A stretch of 64,000 bases of DNA from sequence record MW749001.1; one strand, given 5' to 3'. The position numbers and the translations under genes are program-made. Positions 1-7,281 of this stretch are shown in pieces. Every line of letters starts with the position of its first letter. Position 1 is the stretch's first letter. The notes beneath the pieces are model-generated. The model was not told the DNA's origin, did no database searches, and saw only the letters and a list, made by a program, of their open reading frames with translations. This DNA is from Escherichia phage vB_EcoM_Kelasse.

Positions 1-174
1 TTCCCGTAAATCCTTCCGCTTTCATGTCGCGTGCGAACTGGAATCGCGATTCATCAGAAGCATCTTTATAAGAATATTTACCCGCTGCAATGGCTGCTTT
101 TGCGACAGCTTGAATTTCGGTGCTAGATGCTTCATTTAACACCGCTTCATTTAAAAATTGAGTATATGATTTCA
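1..174 (-). CDS. Internal-protein-like gene, 3' part outside window; N-terminus MKSYTQFLNEA resembles the T4 capsid targeting sequence
   Basis: Minus-strand ATG at 172-174 with reading frame open to the window edge (not in the ORF track because truncated). N-terminus MKSYTQFLNE/A fits the MK[TS]Y..F[IL].E pattern and a gp21 (L/I)xE cleavage site. TATAAATA late promoter upstream at 212-219. Confidence 0.4.
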
Positions 175-211
175 TCTTATTTCCTGTTTTAATTTGTAGA
201 TTTAATATACT

Positions 212-219
212 TATTTATA
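212..219 (-). promoter_or_regulatory. Late promoter (TATAAATA on minus strand)
   Basis: Plus-strand tatttata at 212-219 is TATAAATA on the minus strand, about 38 nt upstream of the ATG at 174. Confidence 0.5.
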
Positions 220-222
220 CCA

Positions 223-249
223 AAAAGCCCCAACCTTTCGGTCGGGGCT
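223..249 (-). terminator. Rho-independent terminator for the leftward tRNA/RNA transcript
   Basis: Minus strand reads AGCCCCGACCGAAAGGTTGGGGC followed by TTTTT; GC stem with an imperfect loop region and a T-run. Confidence 0.6.
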
Positions 250-254
250 AAGCC

Positions 255-545
255 TTGCGGCAACCTTGTCGGGGTTCCACCTGCTAAGGCAAGTGTTTGT
301 ACGAAACGCCGGGATTCGAACCCGGTTATCAAGCAGTTGACGCTACTCAATATTTTTAAAAGGCCATATCTCGACCATATCCGAACGTTCCGTCAAAAAC
401 GCTACTCGGCTTACGGCAAAGATATTTCCTCGAATCGATAATTCGGTGCGCCGTTTCTGCTGTGATATAAGGGGACATTAACAAAACATAAAGATTTATT
501 AATGCCAGTCCTTAAACAGGGAACATCAGTCCGACGACTTACCGG
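255..545 (-). ncRNA. Candidate structured stable RNA(s) downstream of the tRNA array, possibly counterparts of the T4 species 1/2 RNAs (rnaC/rnaD)
   Basis: No credible ORF. Minus strand has a perfect tRNA-like T-arm CCGGG-TTCGAAT-CCCGG (plus 315-331) followed by CGTTTCG that can pair with CGGAACG about 60 nt upstream (one G-U). No canonical D or anticodon arm found. Several short hairpins; the terminator at 223-249 follows. Boundaries are approximate. Confidence 0.3.
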
Positions 546-560
546 TAGCGACCCGGTTTC

Positions 561-911
561 TTAATATTCTTTTAAAGCATCAATCTGTTCACGGCGTTTA
601 CGCCATAAATCAATTGCTTCATACGCAGATTCAGCATTTCGAATTTGACGGCATTTATATAAAGACTTGTGATTTTGATATTGCGTAGATAACGGAATTT
701 TATCTAAAAGGTCTTTACGTTCAAAGTATTCGTAACCATCTAAGCCAAATGAACGATTTTTGAGAAATTGCCAATGACCATATTCGTTTTCAACATAAAC
801 ATAATCCGCGTGTTGATAAAGCAAATTAATTACACGTTCAGAAATAACAGTGTCATTGTGATTAAAATAAAATGTTAAATCATGAACTACTAAATAAACA
901 TTACCTTTCAT
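561..911 (-). CDS. Hypothetical protein (116 aa)
   Basis: Complete ORF with ATG start and GAGGAAA Shine-Dalgarno 5 nt upstream, beginning 19 nt after tRNA-Arg. No motif recognised. Confidence 0.5.
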   Translation of the reverse strand: MKGNVYLVVHDLTFYFNHNDTVISERVINLLYQHADYVYVENEYGHWQFLKNRSFGLDGYEYFERKDLLDKIPLSTQYQNHKSLYKCRQIRNAESAYEAIDLWRKRREQIDALKEY

Positions 912-929
912 ATTTTCCTCACTTATAAT

Positions 930-1005
930 TGGTCGAGGCAGTAGGGATCGAACCTACGACCTAGGACTTAGAAGGTCCTTGCTCTTCCTTCTGAGCTATG
1001 CCCCG
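930..1005 (-). tRNA. tRNA-Arg (anticodon TCT)
   Basis: Cloverleaf folded by hand: acceptor CGGGGCA/TGCCTCG (one G-U), D stem GCTC/GAGC, anticodon stem AGGAC/GTCCT with loop CTTCTAA, T arm GTAGG-TTCGATC-CCTAC, CCA encoded. Confidence 0.8.
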
Positions 1006-1009
1006 TAAT

Positions 1010-1085
1010 TGGGGTGACCGATGGGAGTCGAACCCATGACTACGAGAATCACAATCTCGAGTTCTACCAACTGAACTACGGCCAC
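1010..1085 (-). tRNA. tRNA-His (anticodon GTG)
   Basis: Acceptor GTGGCCG/CGGTCAC (one G-U), D stem GTTC/GAAC, anticodon stem CGAGA/TCTCG with loop TTGTGAT, T arm ATGGG-TTCGACT-CCCAT, discriminator C, CCA encoded. No G at position -1 is encoded. Confidence 0.7.
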
Positions 1086-1199
1086 ATTAATACCTACTCC
1101 AACAATCAAGATGTCTTCACACGAAATTAAGAGAAGAGTGATCAGTTCAACCCTTATAATCGCGTCAAGTAGATATTAATGTGACAGTTGTCACAAATT

Positions 1200-1274
1200 T
1201 GGCGGACGTGATAGGATTCGAACCTATAACCAATCGCTTAACAGGCGATCGCTCTGCCATTGAGCTACACATCC
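1200..1274 (-). tRNA. tRNA-Asn (anticodon GTT)
   Basis: Acceptor GGATGTG/CACGTCC (one G-U), D stem GCTC/GAGC, anticodon stem ATCGC/GCGAT with loop CTGTTAA, T arm ATAGG-TTCGAAT-CCTAT, CCA encoded. Confidence 0.7.
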
Positions 1275-1278
1275 AAAT

Positions 1279-1365
1279 TGGTGGGGAGTGATGGAGTCGA
1301 ACCACCCGAGTCGCAATGACAATGAATTTACAGTCCACACCGCTACCTCTACGGGATAACTCCCC
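1279..1365 (-). tRNA. tRNA-Tyr (anticodon GTA), type II with long variable arm
   Basis: Acceptor GGGGAGT/ACTCCCC, anticodon loop CTGTAAA, long variable arm, T arm GGTGG-TTCGACT-CCATC, CCA encoded. Resembles E. coli tRNA-Tyr; anticodon stem has two G-U pairs. Confidence 0.6.
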
Positions 1366-1371
1366 TTAATT

Positions 1372-1446
1372 TGGTGGCCCTGGGTGGAATTGAACCACCA
1401 TCTGGCGATTATGAGTCGCTTGCTTGAACCTTCCAGCTACAGGGCC
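1372..1446 (-). tRNA. tRNA with CAT anticodon, probably tRNA-Ile (lysidine type), alternatively Met
   Basis: Acceptor GGCCCTG/CAGGGCC, anticodon stem-loop GCGACTCATAATCGC as in E. coli tRNA-Ile2, T arm GGTGG-TTCAATT-CCACC, CCA encoded. Position matches the T4 tRNA-Ile slot. Confidence 0.65.
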
Positions 1447-1447
1447 T

Positions 1448-1523
1448 TGGTGCTGATTGACGGAATCGAACCGCCGACATCCTCATTACAAGTGAGGTGC
1501 TCTACCTACTGAGCTAAATCAGC
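1448..1523 (-). tRNA. tRNA-Thr (anticodon TGT)
   Basis: Acceptor GCTGATT/AATCAGC, D stem GCTC/GAGC, anticodon stem CCTCA/TGAGG with loop CTTGTAA, T arm GGCGG-TTCGATT-CCGTC, CCA encoded. Confidence 0.8.
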
Positions 1524-1528
1524 AAAAC

Positions 1529-1618
1529 TGGCGGAGGCGATAGGATTTGAACCTATGAGTCGCCGGAGCGACTGCCGGTTTTCAAGACCGGTGCATTAAA
1601 CCACTCTGCCACGCCTCC
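1529..1618 (-). tRNA. tRNA-Ser (anticodon TGA), type II
   Basis: Acceptor GGAGGCG/CGCCTCC, anticodon stem CCGGT/ACCGG with loop CTTGAAA, long variable arm, T arm ATAGG-TTCAAAT-CCTAT, CCA encoded. Confidence 0.8.
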
Positions 1619-1620
1619 AG

Positions 1621-1694
1621 TCTCCATACAAGGATTTGAACCTTGGACCTCCTGATCCCAAATCAGGCGCTCTACCAAACTGAGCTACACGGAG
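1621..1694 (-). tRNA. tRNA-Pro (anticodon TGG)
   Basis: Acceptor CTCCGTG/TATGGAG (two G-U), D stem GCTC/GAGC, anticodon stem CCTGA/TCAGG with loop TTTGGGA, T arm CAAGG-TTCAAAT-CCTTG. CCA not encoded. Confidence 0.75.
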
Positions 1695-1704
1695 TAAATT
1701 AAAT

Positions 1705-1778
<74 letters not shown>

Positions 1779-1783
1779 AAATT

Positions 1784-1870
1784 TGGTGCGAGAAGTGGGA
1801 CTCGAACCCACAAGGAAATCATTCCGCAGCATTTTAAGTGCTGTGCCTTTACCAATTTGACCATTCTCGC
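1784..1870 (-). tRNA. tRNA-Leu (anticodon TAA), type II
   Basis: Acceptor GCGAGAA/TTCTCGC, anticodon stem CAGCA/TGCTG with loop CTTAAAA, long variable arm, T arm GTGGG-TTCGAGT-CCCAC, CCA encoded. Confidence 0.8.
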
Positions 1871-1871
1871 G

Positions 1872-1944
1872 CTGGGAATAAAGGACTCGAACCTTTGCAT
1901 CTAGCAGTCAAAGTGCTATGCCTTACCAACTTGGCTAATTCCCA
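1872..1944 (-). tRNA. tRNA-Gln (anticodon TTG)
   Basis: Acceptor TGGGAAT/ATTCCCA, D stem GCCA/(A)GGC, anticodon stem TAGCA/TGCTA with loop CTTTGAC, T arm AAAGG-TTCGAGT-CCTTT. CCA not encoded. First gene of the array in transcription order. Confidence 0.8.
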
Positions 1945-2013
1945 ATTATTAACAAAGGCTCTCAAACAAGAACCCTTGATGATAGAGGGTATTAATCAGT
2001 GCGGTATGAGTTA

Positions 2014-2038
2014 ATAATAACAAATAATTCTTAAAGCA
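2014..2038 (-). promoter_or_regulatory. Middle (MotA-dependent) promoter upstream of the tRNA array
   Basis: Minus strand reads ATGCTTTAA-N12-TATTAT: MotA box TGCTTTA with a -10 element 12 nt downstream. The same 29-bp sequence recurs at 61698-61726. Confidence 0.5.
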
Positions 2039-2041
2039 TAT

Positions 2042-2329
2042 TTACCATTTATGATAATACATATTTACGATGCATTCAAGACCCAAAGGATTCTTGAAAA
2101 TATCATATTCAAGAGGACCTTTTTCTGTTTCAATAAAGAAATCAAAATTTACTGTATTAAATTTACGGTCTTCCTTCACTAATTTAACTTGAGAAGATGA
2201 ACGGTCAACATAAACCTTTTCAACTTCAAAACATGTTAAAACGCCATAATCATCAATCAAGGCTTTAGCCGCGTCTTGATCATATTTATATCCATTTTCA
2301 ATGGATGATACTTTAGCATAAAGAATCAT
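2042..2329 (-). CDS. Hypothetical protein (95 aa)
   Basis: Complete ORF in the variable block between the tRNA array and 57B; no motif recognised. Confidence 0.5.
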   Translation of the reverse strand: MILYAKVSSIENGYKYDQDAAKALIDDYGVLTCFEVEKVYVDRSSSQVKLVKEDRKFNTVNFDFFIETEKGPLEYDIFKNPLGLECIVNMYYHKW

Positions 2330-2331
2330 TA

Positions 2332-2712
2332 TCAGCCTTCATCAACAATAGTATGAGTGTGGGCATTTACAATTTGCCACCAATCAAAGCGATTAGAACC
2401 ATACATCGGTTTGTTTTCATTTTCTTTGATAATATCACGGAGTTCATCTTCGGTAGCGGCTTTCGCGATTAAATCAGCATATCCACCACGAGGATAATAA
2501 TTATCACCTGCAAAAAGTAAAAAGTTTGGTTTAATATTATTAAACTCTTCAAGAGTAATAACTGTTCCACCAGGTTGAGCAATATCTACATAACTATATC
2601 CTAATTTTTGAGCAGCATCTACTGCTTCAAGCAGGGTATCATGAGCCCATCCAATTTGGCAATCTGGCTTTTCAGATGGATTAGCCTGATAATCCGCGTA
2701 CACTTTATACAT
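2332..2712 (-). CDS. Hypothetical protein (about 126 aa; ORF extends to 2751 but the likely start is the internal ATG)
   Basis: Internal ATG (MYKVYADYQ...) preceded by AAGGTGA 6 nt upstream and lying just after the stop of the upstream gene; the longer ORF would overlap that gene by 38 nt. Confidence 0.5.
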   Translation of the reverse strand: MYKVYADYQANPSEKPDCQIGWAHDTLLEAVDAAQKLGYSYVDIAQPGGTVITLEEFNNIKPNFLLFAGDNYYPRGGYADLIAKAATEDELRDIIKENENKPMYGSNRFDWWQIVNAHTHTIVDEG

Positions 2713-2713
2713 T

Positions 2714-2899
2714 CTATTCACCTTTAGAAATTTTATCCATAACGATAGCAATTAAACCAATTAAAAATGCTACTACAAGTGAAAAAACATTTTCTGCTGT
2801 AGTCAATAATCCGCATATAAATCCAACAAACATTGAAAAACTAAAAGCGGAAGCAGAAATTGCAATAGCAACATTTCGAATTAATTCACAACGTTTCAT
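2714..2899 (-). CDS. Small predicted membrane protein (61 aa)
   Basis: ATG with GGAGAA Shine-Dalgarno; two hydrophobic segments (AIAISASAFSFSMFVGFICGLL and VFSLVVAFLIGLIAIV); own early promoter at 2928-2957. Confidence 0.5.
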   Translation of the reverse strand: MKRCELIRNVAIAISASAFSFSMFVGFICGLLTTAENVFSLVVAFLIGLIAIVMDKISKGE

Positions 2900-2927
2900 T
2901 TTATTCTCCTCGGTAGTTGATAGGGTA

Positions 2928-2957
2928 ATAGTATCACTACCCTATCTAAAAGTAAAC
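2928..2957 (-). promoter_or_regulatory. Early (sigma70-type) promoter GTTTAC-N18-TACTAT
   Basis: Minus strand GTTTAC (plus 2952-2957), 18-nt spacer, TACTAT (plus 2928-2933). The 22-bp core gatagggtaatagtatcactac at 2919-2940 is repeated exactly at 3219-3240. Confidence 0.55.
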
Positions 2958-3191
2958 TTATTTTTTACGAAAAATTGATTTATATTTATCAGCCCATTTC
3001 TCAATGACTTTTGCCGGGCCATAGATAACAAAGTAATCGCCAAACTCTTCACCACCGAGTTGACCGAAATCATCTAATGCATCACGAAGAACTCCATGAG
3101 GCATTTCACCCATTTTATCTTTCTTGCCAGTGTAAATAAACTCAACTTTTACATCAGCAGTTTCAGCAATAAATTCTTGATACGTTTTCAT
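2958..3191 (-). CDS. Internal protein with N-terminal capsid targeting sequence (IP-family, packaged in the head)
   Basis: The ORF-track start is an upstream GTG; the ATG giving MKTYQEFIAE has a GGAGAA Shine-Dalgarno 5 nt upstream. MKTYQEFIAE is the T4 internal-protein capsid targeting sequence, with the gp21 cleavage motif IAE. Small charged mature product. Confidence 0.65.
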   Translation of the reverse strand: MKTYQEFIAETADVKVEFIYTGKKDKMGEMPHGVLRDALDDFGQLGGEEFGDYFVIYGPAKVIEKWADKYKSIFRKK

Positions 3192-3227
3192 TTTGTTCTC
3201 CAATTTCACATTTGTTTTGATAGGGTA

Positions 3228-3257
3228 ATAGTATCACTACTAAAACCCCATGTAAAC
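3228..3257 (-). promoter_or_regulatory. Early promoter GTTTAC-N18-TACTAT (second copy)
   Basis: Minus strand GTTTAC (plus 3252-3257), 18-nt spacer, TACTAT (plus 3228-3233); upstream of the internal protein gene. Confidence 0.55.
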
Positions 3258-3269
3258 AACTTTGTGAAA

Positions 3270-3966
<697 letters not shown>

Positions 3967-3967
<1 letters not shown>

Positions 3968-4680
3968 TATAGTACCTTTAGTGTATTTTTAATTTTAGAA
4001 AAAAGTTCTTCAAGAGAACCATCGTTTGTAATTACTAAATCGCCATCACGAATTGGCAATCCAGCTTCTGTAATATGAGTATCATTGGATTTTTGACCAG
4101 GACGAACTACATGAATTACTGTAGCACCCATCGCCCTAGCCGCATCCATTTCATGATCTTGACGAGTATCAGGAACGATATAATAATCATAACCTGAGTT
4201 AAATTTATCAAGATAATCTAAAGCAAATAATTTTACCCAATACATGCGGTCGAAGTTATTAACAATCAAATCCGTACCTAGGGCTTGCATCAGACGACGG
4301 ACTGACCATTGATCTTCAATATTATTTATAACGTCAGCAATCTTGTTAAATGCTACGAAATTAACTGCGTCATCAAAAACAAACACACCTTTAATTGGGC
4401 TTTTACTATTAAGATAGCAAAATGCTTGTTCCATAATCGTAATTACTTCTAATTTAGTCAGATTTAAATTAGTTTCACGATCATAGTCAATTCCTTCAAA
4501 CTCTTTACGAGTTAAACAAGGATAGTCAGTGTTTGCTGCAAATACACCCCATGCATAAGCCAATGCATCCTTAATAGGACCAGCAAGTTGATATTTAACT
4601 GCAGAATAATTATTCATAATAAAATCTGCAGTAGTATCTTTTCCACTACGCTTTACACCACTTAAAAAGATTAGTTTCAT
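3967..4680 (-). CDS. 1: gp1 deoxynucleoside monophosphate kinase
   Basis: 237 aa with N-terminal P-loop GVKRSGKDT; T4 gene 1 position and size. Confidence 0.85.
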
Positions 4681-4729
4681 ATGTTTCTCCTCAAATTTAG
4701 TTAAGATTATAACACATGAAACTGAAGCA

Positions 4730-5260
4730 TTAAACTTCTGCTATAATTTTTCCATCTTTTTCTACTTGAAAATACGTATAAGGAATCGTTGCTGTGCATA
4801 CTAAGGCTGGGTCTGAATCTTCTGTGTAGCTAAATTCTACTTCAGACAGGTCAGAAACCCAGGGCTTATAAAAATTTATTGACATCACGATTTCAGTTTT
4901 ACTATTATCTAAAATGTAAAGCGTAATGTATTCAGGACCTGTTTTTTGGGCAGTATTTTCGCCTGTAAGATAGTTACTAGTTCCTAGCATCCATTCATAC
5001 ATTCCTATCCATGACTTAAGCTCTTCATCAACTATAAATCTCACGATGAGTGGGTCGTACTCAAATGTAACACCTGGACGTTGTGCTCGGCCTAGTCCAA
5101 ACGGCCCAGTCACGGTATCAGTAACAGGTATCCTAATTCCCGGAATAGGAACTGACTGAGCATTTAAAGTAAAAGCAGATGTAGTATTACTATGCGGTAT
5201 TGATACTACAAAGTTAGTTGTATTTGCTTGGTTAAAAATTTGTTGTAGTGCTTGCGACAT
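4730..5260 (-). CDS. 3: gp3 tail completion / tube terminator protein
   Basis: ORF extends to 5341, but the ATG giving MSQALQQ has a GAGGAA Shine-Dalgarno and yields 176 aa, the T4 gp3 length. Confidence 0.7.
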   Translation of the reverse strand: MSQALQQIFNQANTTNFVVSIPHSNTTSAFTLNAQSVPIPGIRIPVTDTVTGPFGLGRAQRPGVTFEYDPLIVRFIVDEELKSWIGMYEWMLGTSNYLTGENTAQKTGPEYITLYILDNSKTEIVMSINFYKPWVSDLSEVEFSYTEDSDPALVCTATIPYTYFQVEKDGKIIAEV

Positions 5261-5366
5261 ATATTCCTCATAATGCTTCATAAATGTTGGTGGTATAATG
5301 GGTCTAAGTCCCTTCCATTCAATTCCAATTAGAACAAACAATAGAAAAGAATGGAAGATAATAGAA

Positions 5367-6191
5367 TTAGATATTTGACCAGACTTTGTTTGCAGAGAAA
5401 CGTTTTCCTTTTGAAACGAACTGCTGAAGTGGCATTAACACAACGTTCGCCCAGTCTTTCGGGGCGATTTCAACGAGGCTACCCATAATATTACCAGGTA
5501 TATATGCCTTAATCATTTGGTCTGCACCCCTAAATCCTTTCACTTGACTCCAATCAATTTTTAATTTCGTTTTATTAGTAATAGTAGGTGTATTTGAATA
5601 TTGCTTTAAAAGCTCTTCTAGAAATTGCTGACGAGCTTTAGGTGGAATATAGTGCAAGTTCAATCCGTACATTAAATTATGTTTACCTAAACCAAGGTAA
5701 ATTATCAAAGGAAATTTATCCCAATAAGGAAGAGTTTCCTTGTGTTTAGCATCATAAGCAAAAGCATATATTCGTCCCGGCTGCGGGCGAACAACTTTAT
5801 GTCCTTTTACTTGCTTAATAGTTTCAGCAAACCACTTTCTGGTTTTATTATTAATTGCTGCACCTTCATTACGAATTTTATCACGCAATGTTTGCCTGAA
5901 TGAATTTATCATAAGCAGTTGTCTTTCTTGCTTATTGAGTTTATTCATTGGTTTTGATTCAAGCTTTTGAATCTTTTCAGCCGTTTTAATTCCTGAAGCA
6001 TATTTTGACATTGCCGAAGTAAACGTAGAGTATTTGATTCCTCTTTCTTCAGCAAATTGCTTTCCTGTCATTCCTTTTGCTTTGGCCTTTCTGTATTCAA
6101 GACCTATCTGAATCCATTTCTTTTCGTTTAATGATTGCTTAACCTTTGGAACTTGGGGAGTGCTTTCATTAATTATTTGAAAAATAGCCAT
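5367..6191 (-). CDS. 2: gp2 DNA end-protector protein
   Basis: 274 aa, basic; T4 gene 2 size and position. Confidence 0.75.
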   Translation of the reverse strand: MAIFQIINESTPQVPKVKQSLNEKKWIQIGLEYRKAKAKGMTGKQFAEERGIKYSTFTSAMSKYASGIKTAEKIQKLESKPMNKLNKQERQLLMINSFRQTLRDKIRNEGAAINNKTRKWFAETIKQVKGHKVVRPQPGRIYAFAYDAKHKETLPYWDKFPLIIYLGLGKHNLMYGLNLHYIPPKARQQFLEELLKQYSNTPTITNKTKLKIDWSQVKGFRGADQMIKAYIPGNIMGSLVEIAPKDWANVVLMPLQQFVSKGKRFSANKVWSNI

Positions 6192-6643
6192 TATGCCCCC
6201 TTAAAGCCAAGAGCTCTTAATCCATCTTCTGTTAGAATTCTAAATTTTATTCCACGCTTTTCAGCTAAAGCTTGCGCTGCTTTCCATTTGTCAGTATTAA
6301 CGGAATATGTATAAATTTCATTCATAAATCTTTTCTTCGCTGCAGTTGTTAGATGTGCCGGTTTAACTGGTGGTTGTGTTTCTTTTTTAGGTTTTATTTC
6401 AATAAAAAATTCTTGTCCAGAAGAATCTTTCATCCAAATATCCATGAAGTATCTACGTTTTTTCCCTTCTGCATTACAAAAATAAGGAATTACTGCTGTT
6501 TCACTACCCCATGCAATAATTTCTGGATTTTTATCTAACCATTCAAAAAAGAATTTTTCCCAATTTGATCTATACGTAATTTTTTTAGGGTCACCTCTAT
6601 ATTTTGATATATTTTTAGGAACCCATTTTCCAGAATATGCCAT
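6191..6643 (-). CDS. 4: gp4 head completion protein
   Basis: 150 aa; T4 gene 4 size and position, divergent from gene 53. Confidence 0.75.
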   Translation of the reverse strand: MAYSGKWVPKNISKYRGDPKKITYRSNWEKFFFEWLDKNPEIIAWGSETAVIPYFCNAEGKKRRYFMDIWMKDSSGQEFFIEIKPKKETQPPVKPAHLTTAAKKRFMNEIYTYSVNTDKWKAAQALAEKRGIKFRILTEDGLRALGFKGA

Positions 6644-6654
6644 TGGATTCTCCT

Positions 6655-6677
6655 TATAAATAGATAATATATTTATA
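6655..6677. promoter_or_regulatory. Divergent late promoters: TATAAATA on plus (6655-6662, gene 53) and on minus (6670-6677, genes 4-2-3)
   Basis: Exact TATAAATA on each strand in the 47-bp gap between genes 4 and 53, each about 27-29 nt upstream of its ATG. Confidence 0.7.
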
Positions 6678-6690
6678 AACAGGAGGGCCC

Positions 6691-7281
6691 ATGCTCTTTA
6701 CATTTTTTGATCCGATTGAATATGCGGCCAAAACGGTGAATAAAAACGCGCCGACTATTCCTATGACAGATATTTTTAGAAACTATAAAGACTATTTCAA
6801 ACGCGCTCTTGCGGGATATCGCTTACGCACTTACTATATCAAAGGTTCACCACGCCCGGAAGAATTAGCAAATGCTATATATGGAAATCCGCAGTTGTAT
6901 TGGGTTTTATTGATGTGTAATGATAATTATGACCCGTATTATGGATGGATTACTTCGCAAGAAGCTGCTTATCAAGCATCTATACAAAAATACAAAAACG
7001 TAGGTGGAGACCAAATAGTATATCATGTGAATGAGAACGGTGAAAAATTTTATAATTTAATATCATACGATGATAATCCATATGTTTGGTATGACAAAGG
7101 CGATAAAGCTAGAAAATATCCTCAATATGAAGGAGCACTTGCTGCGGTCGATACGTATGAAGCTGCTGTTCTTGAAAATGAAAAACTTCGTCAAATAAAA
7201 ATAATAGCAAAATCAGACATCAATTCATTTATGAACGACCTTATACGTATAATGGAGAAATCTTATGGAAATGATAAGTAA
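6691..7281 (+). CDS. 53: gp53 baseplate wedge protein
   Basis: 196 aa; T4 size and position. Confidence 0.8.
   Translation: MLFTFFDPIEYAAKTVNKNAPTIPMTDIFRNYKDYFKRALAGYRLRTYYIKGSPRPEELANAIYGNPQLYWVLLMCNDNYDPYYGWITSQEAAYQASIQKYKNVGGDQIVYHVNENGEKFYNLISYDDNPYVWYDKGDKARKYPQYEGALAAVDTYEAAVLENEKLRQIKIIAKSDINSFMNDLIRIMEKSYGNDK

Noticed and set aside
1086-1199. Possible twelfth tRNA in the spacer
   Set aside because: No T-arm, anticodon arm or acceptor pairing could be built on either strand; only an isolated hairpin.
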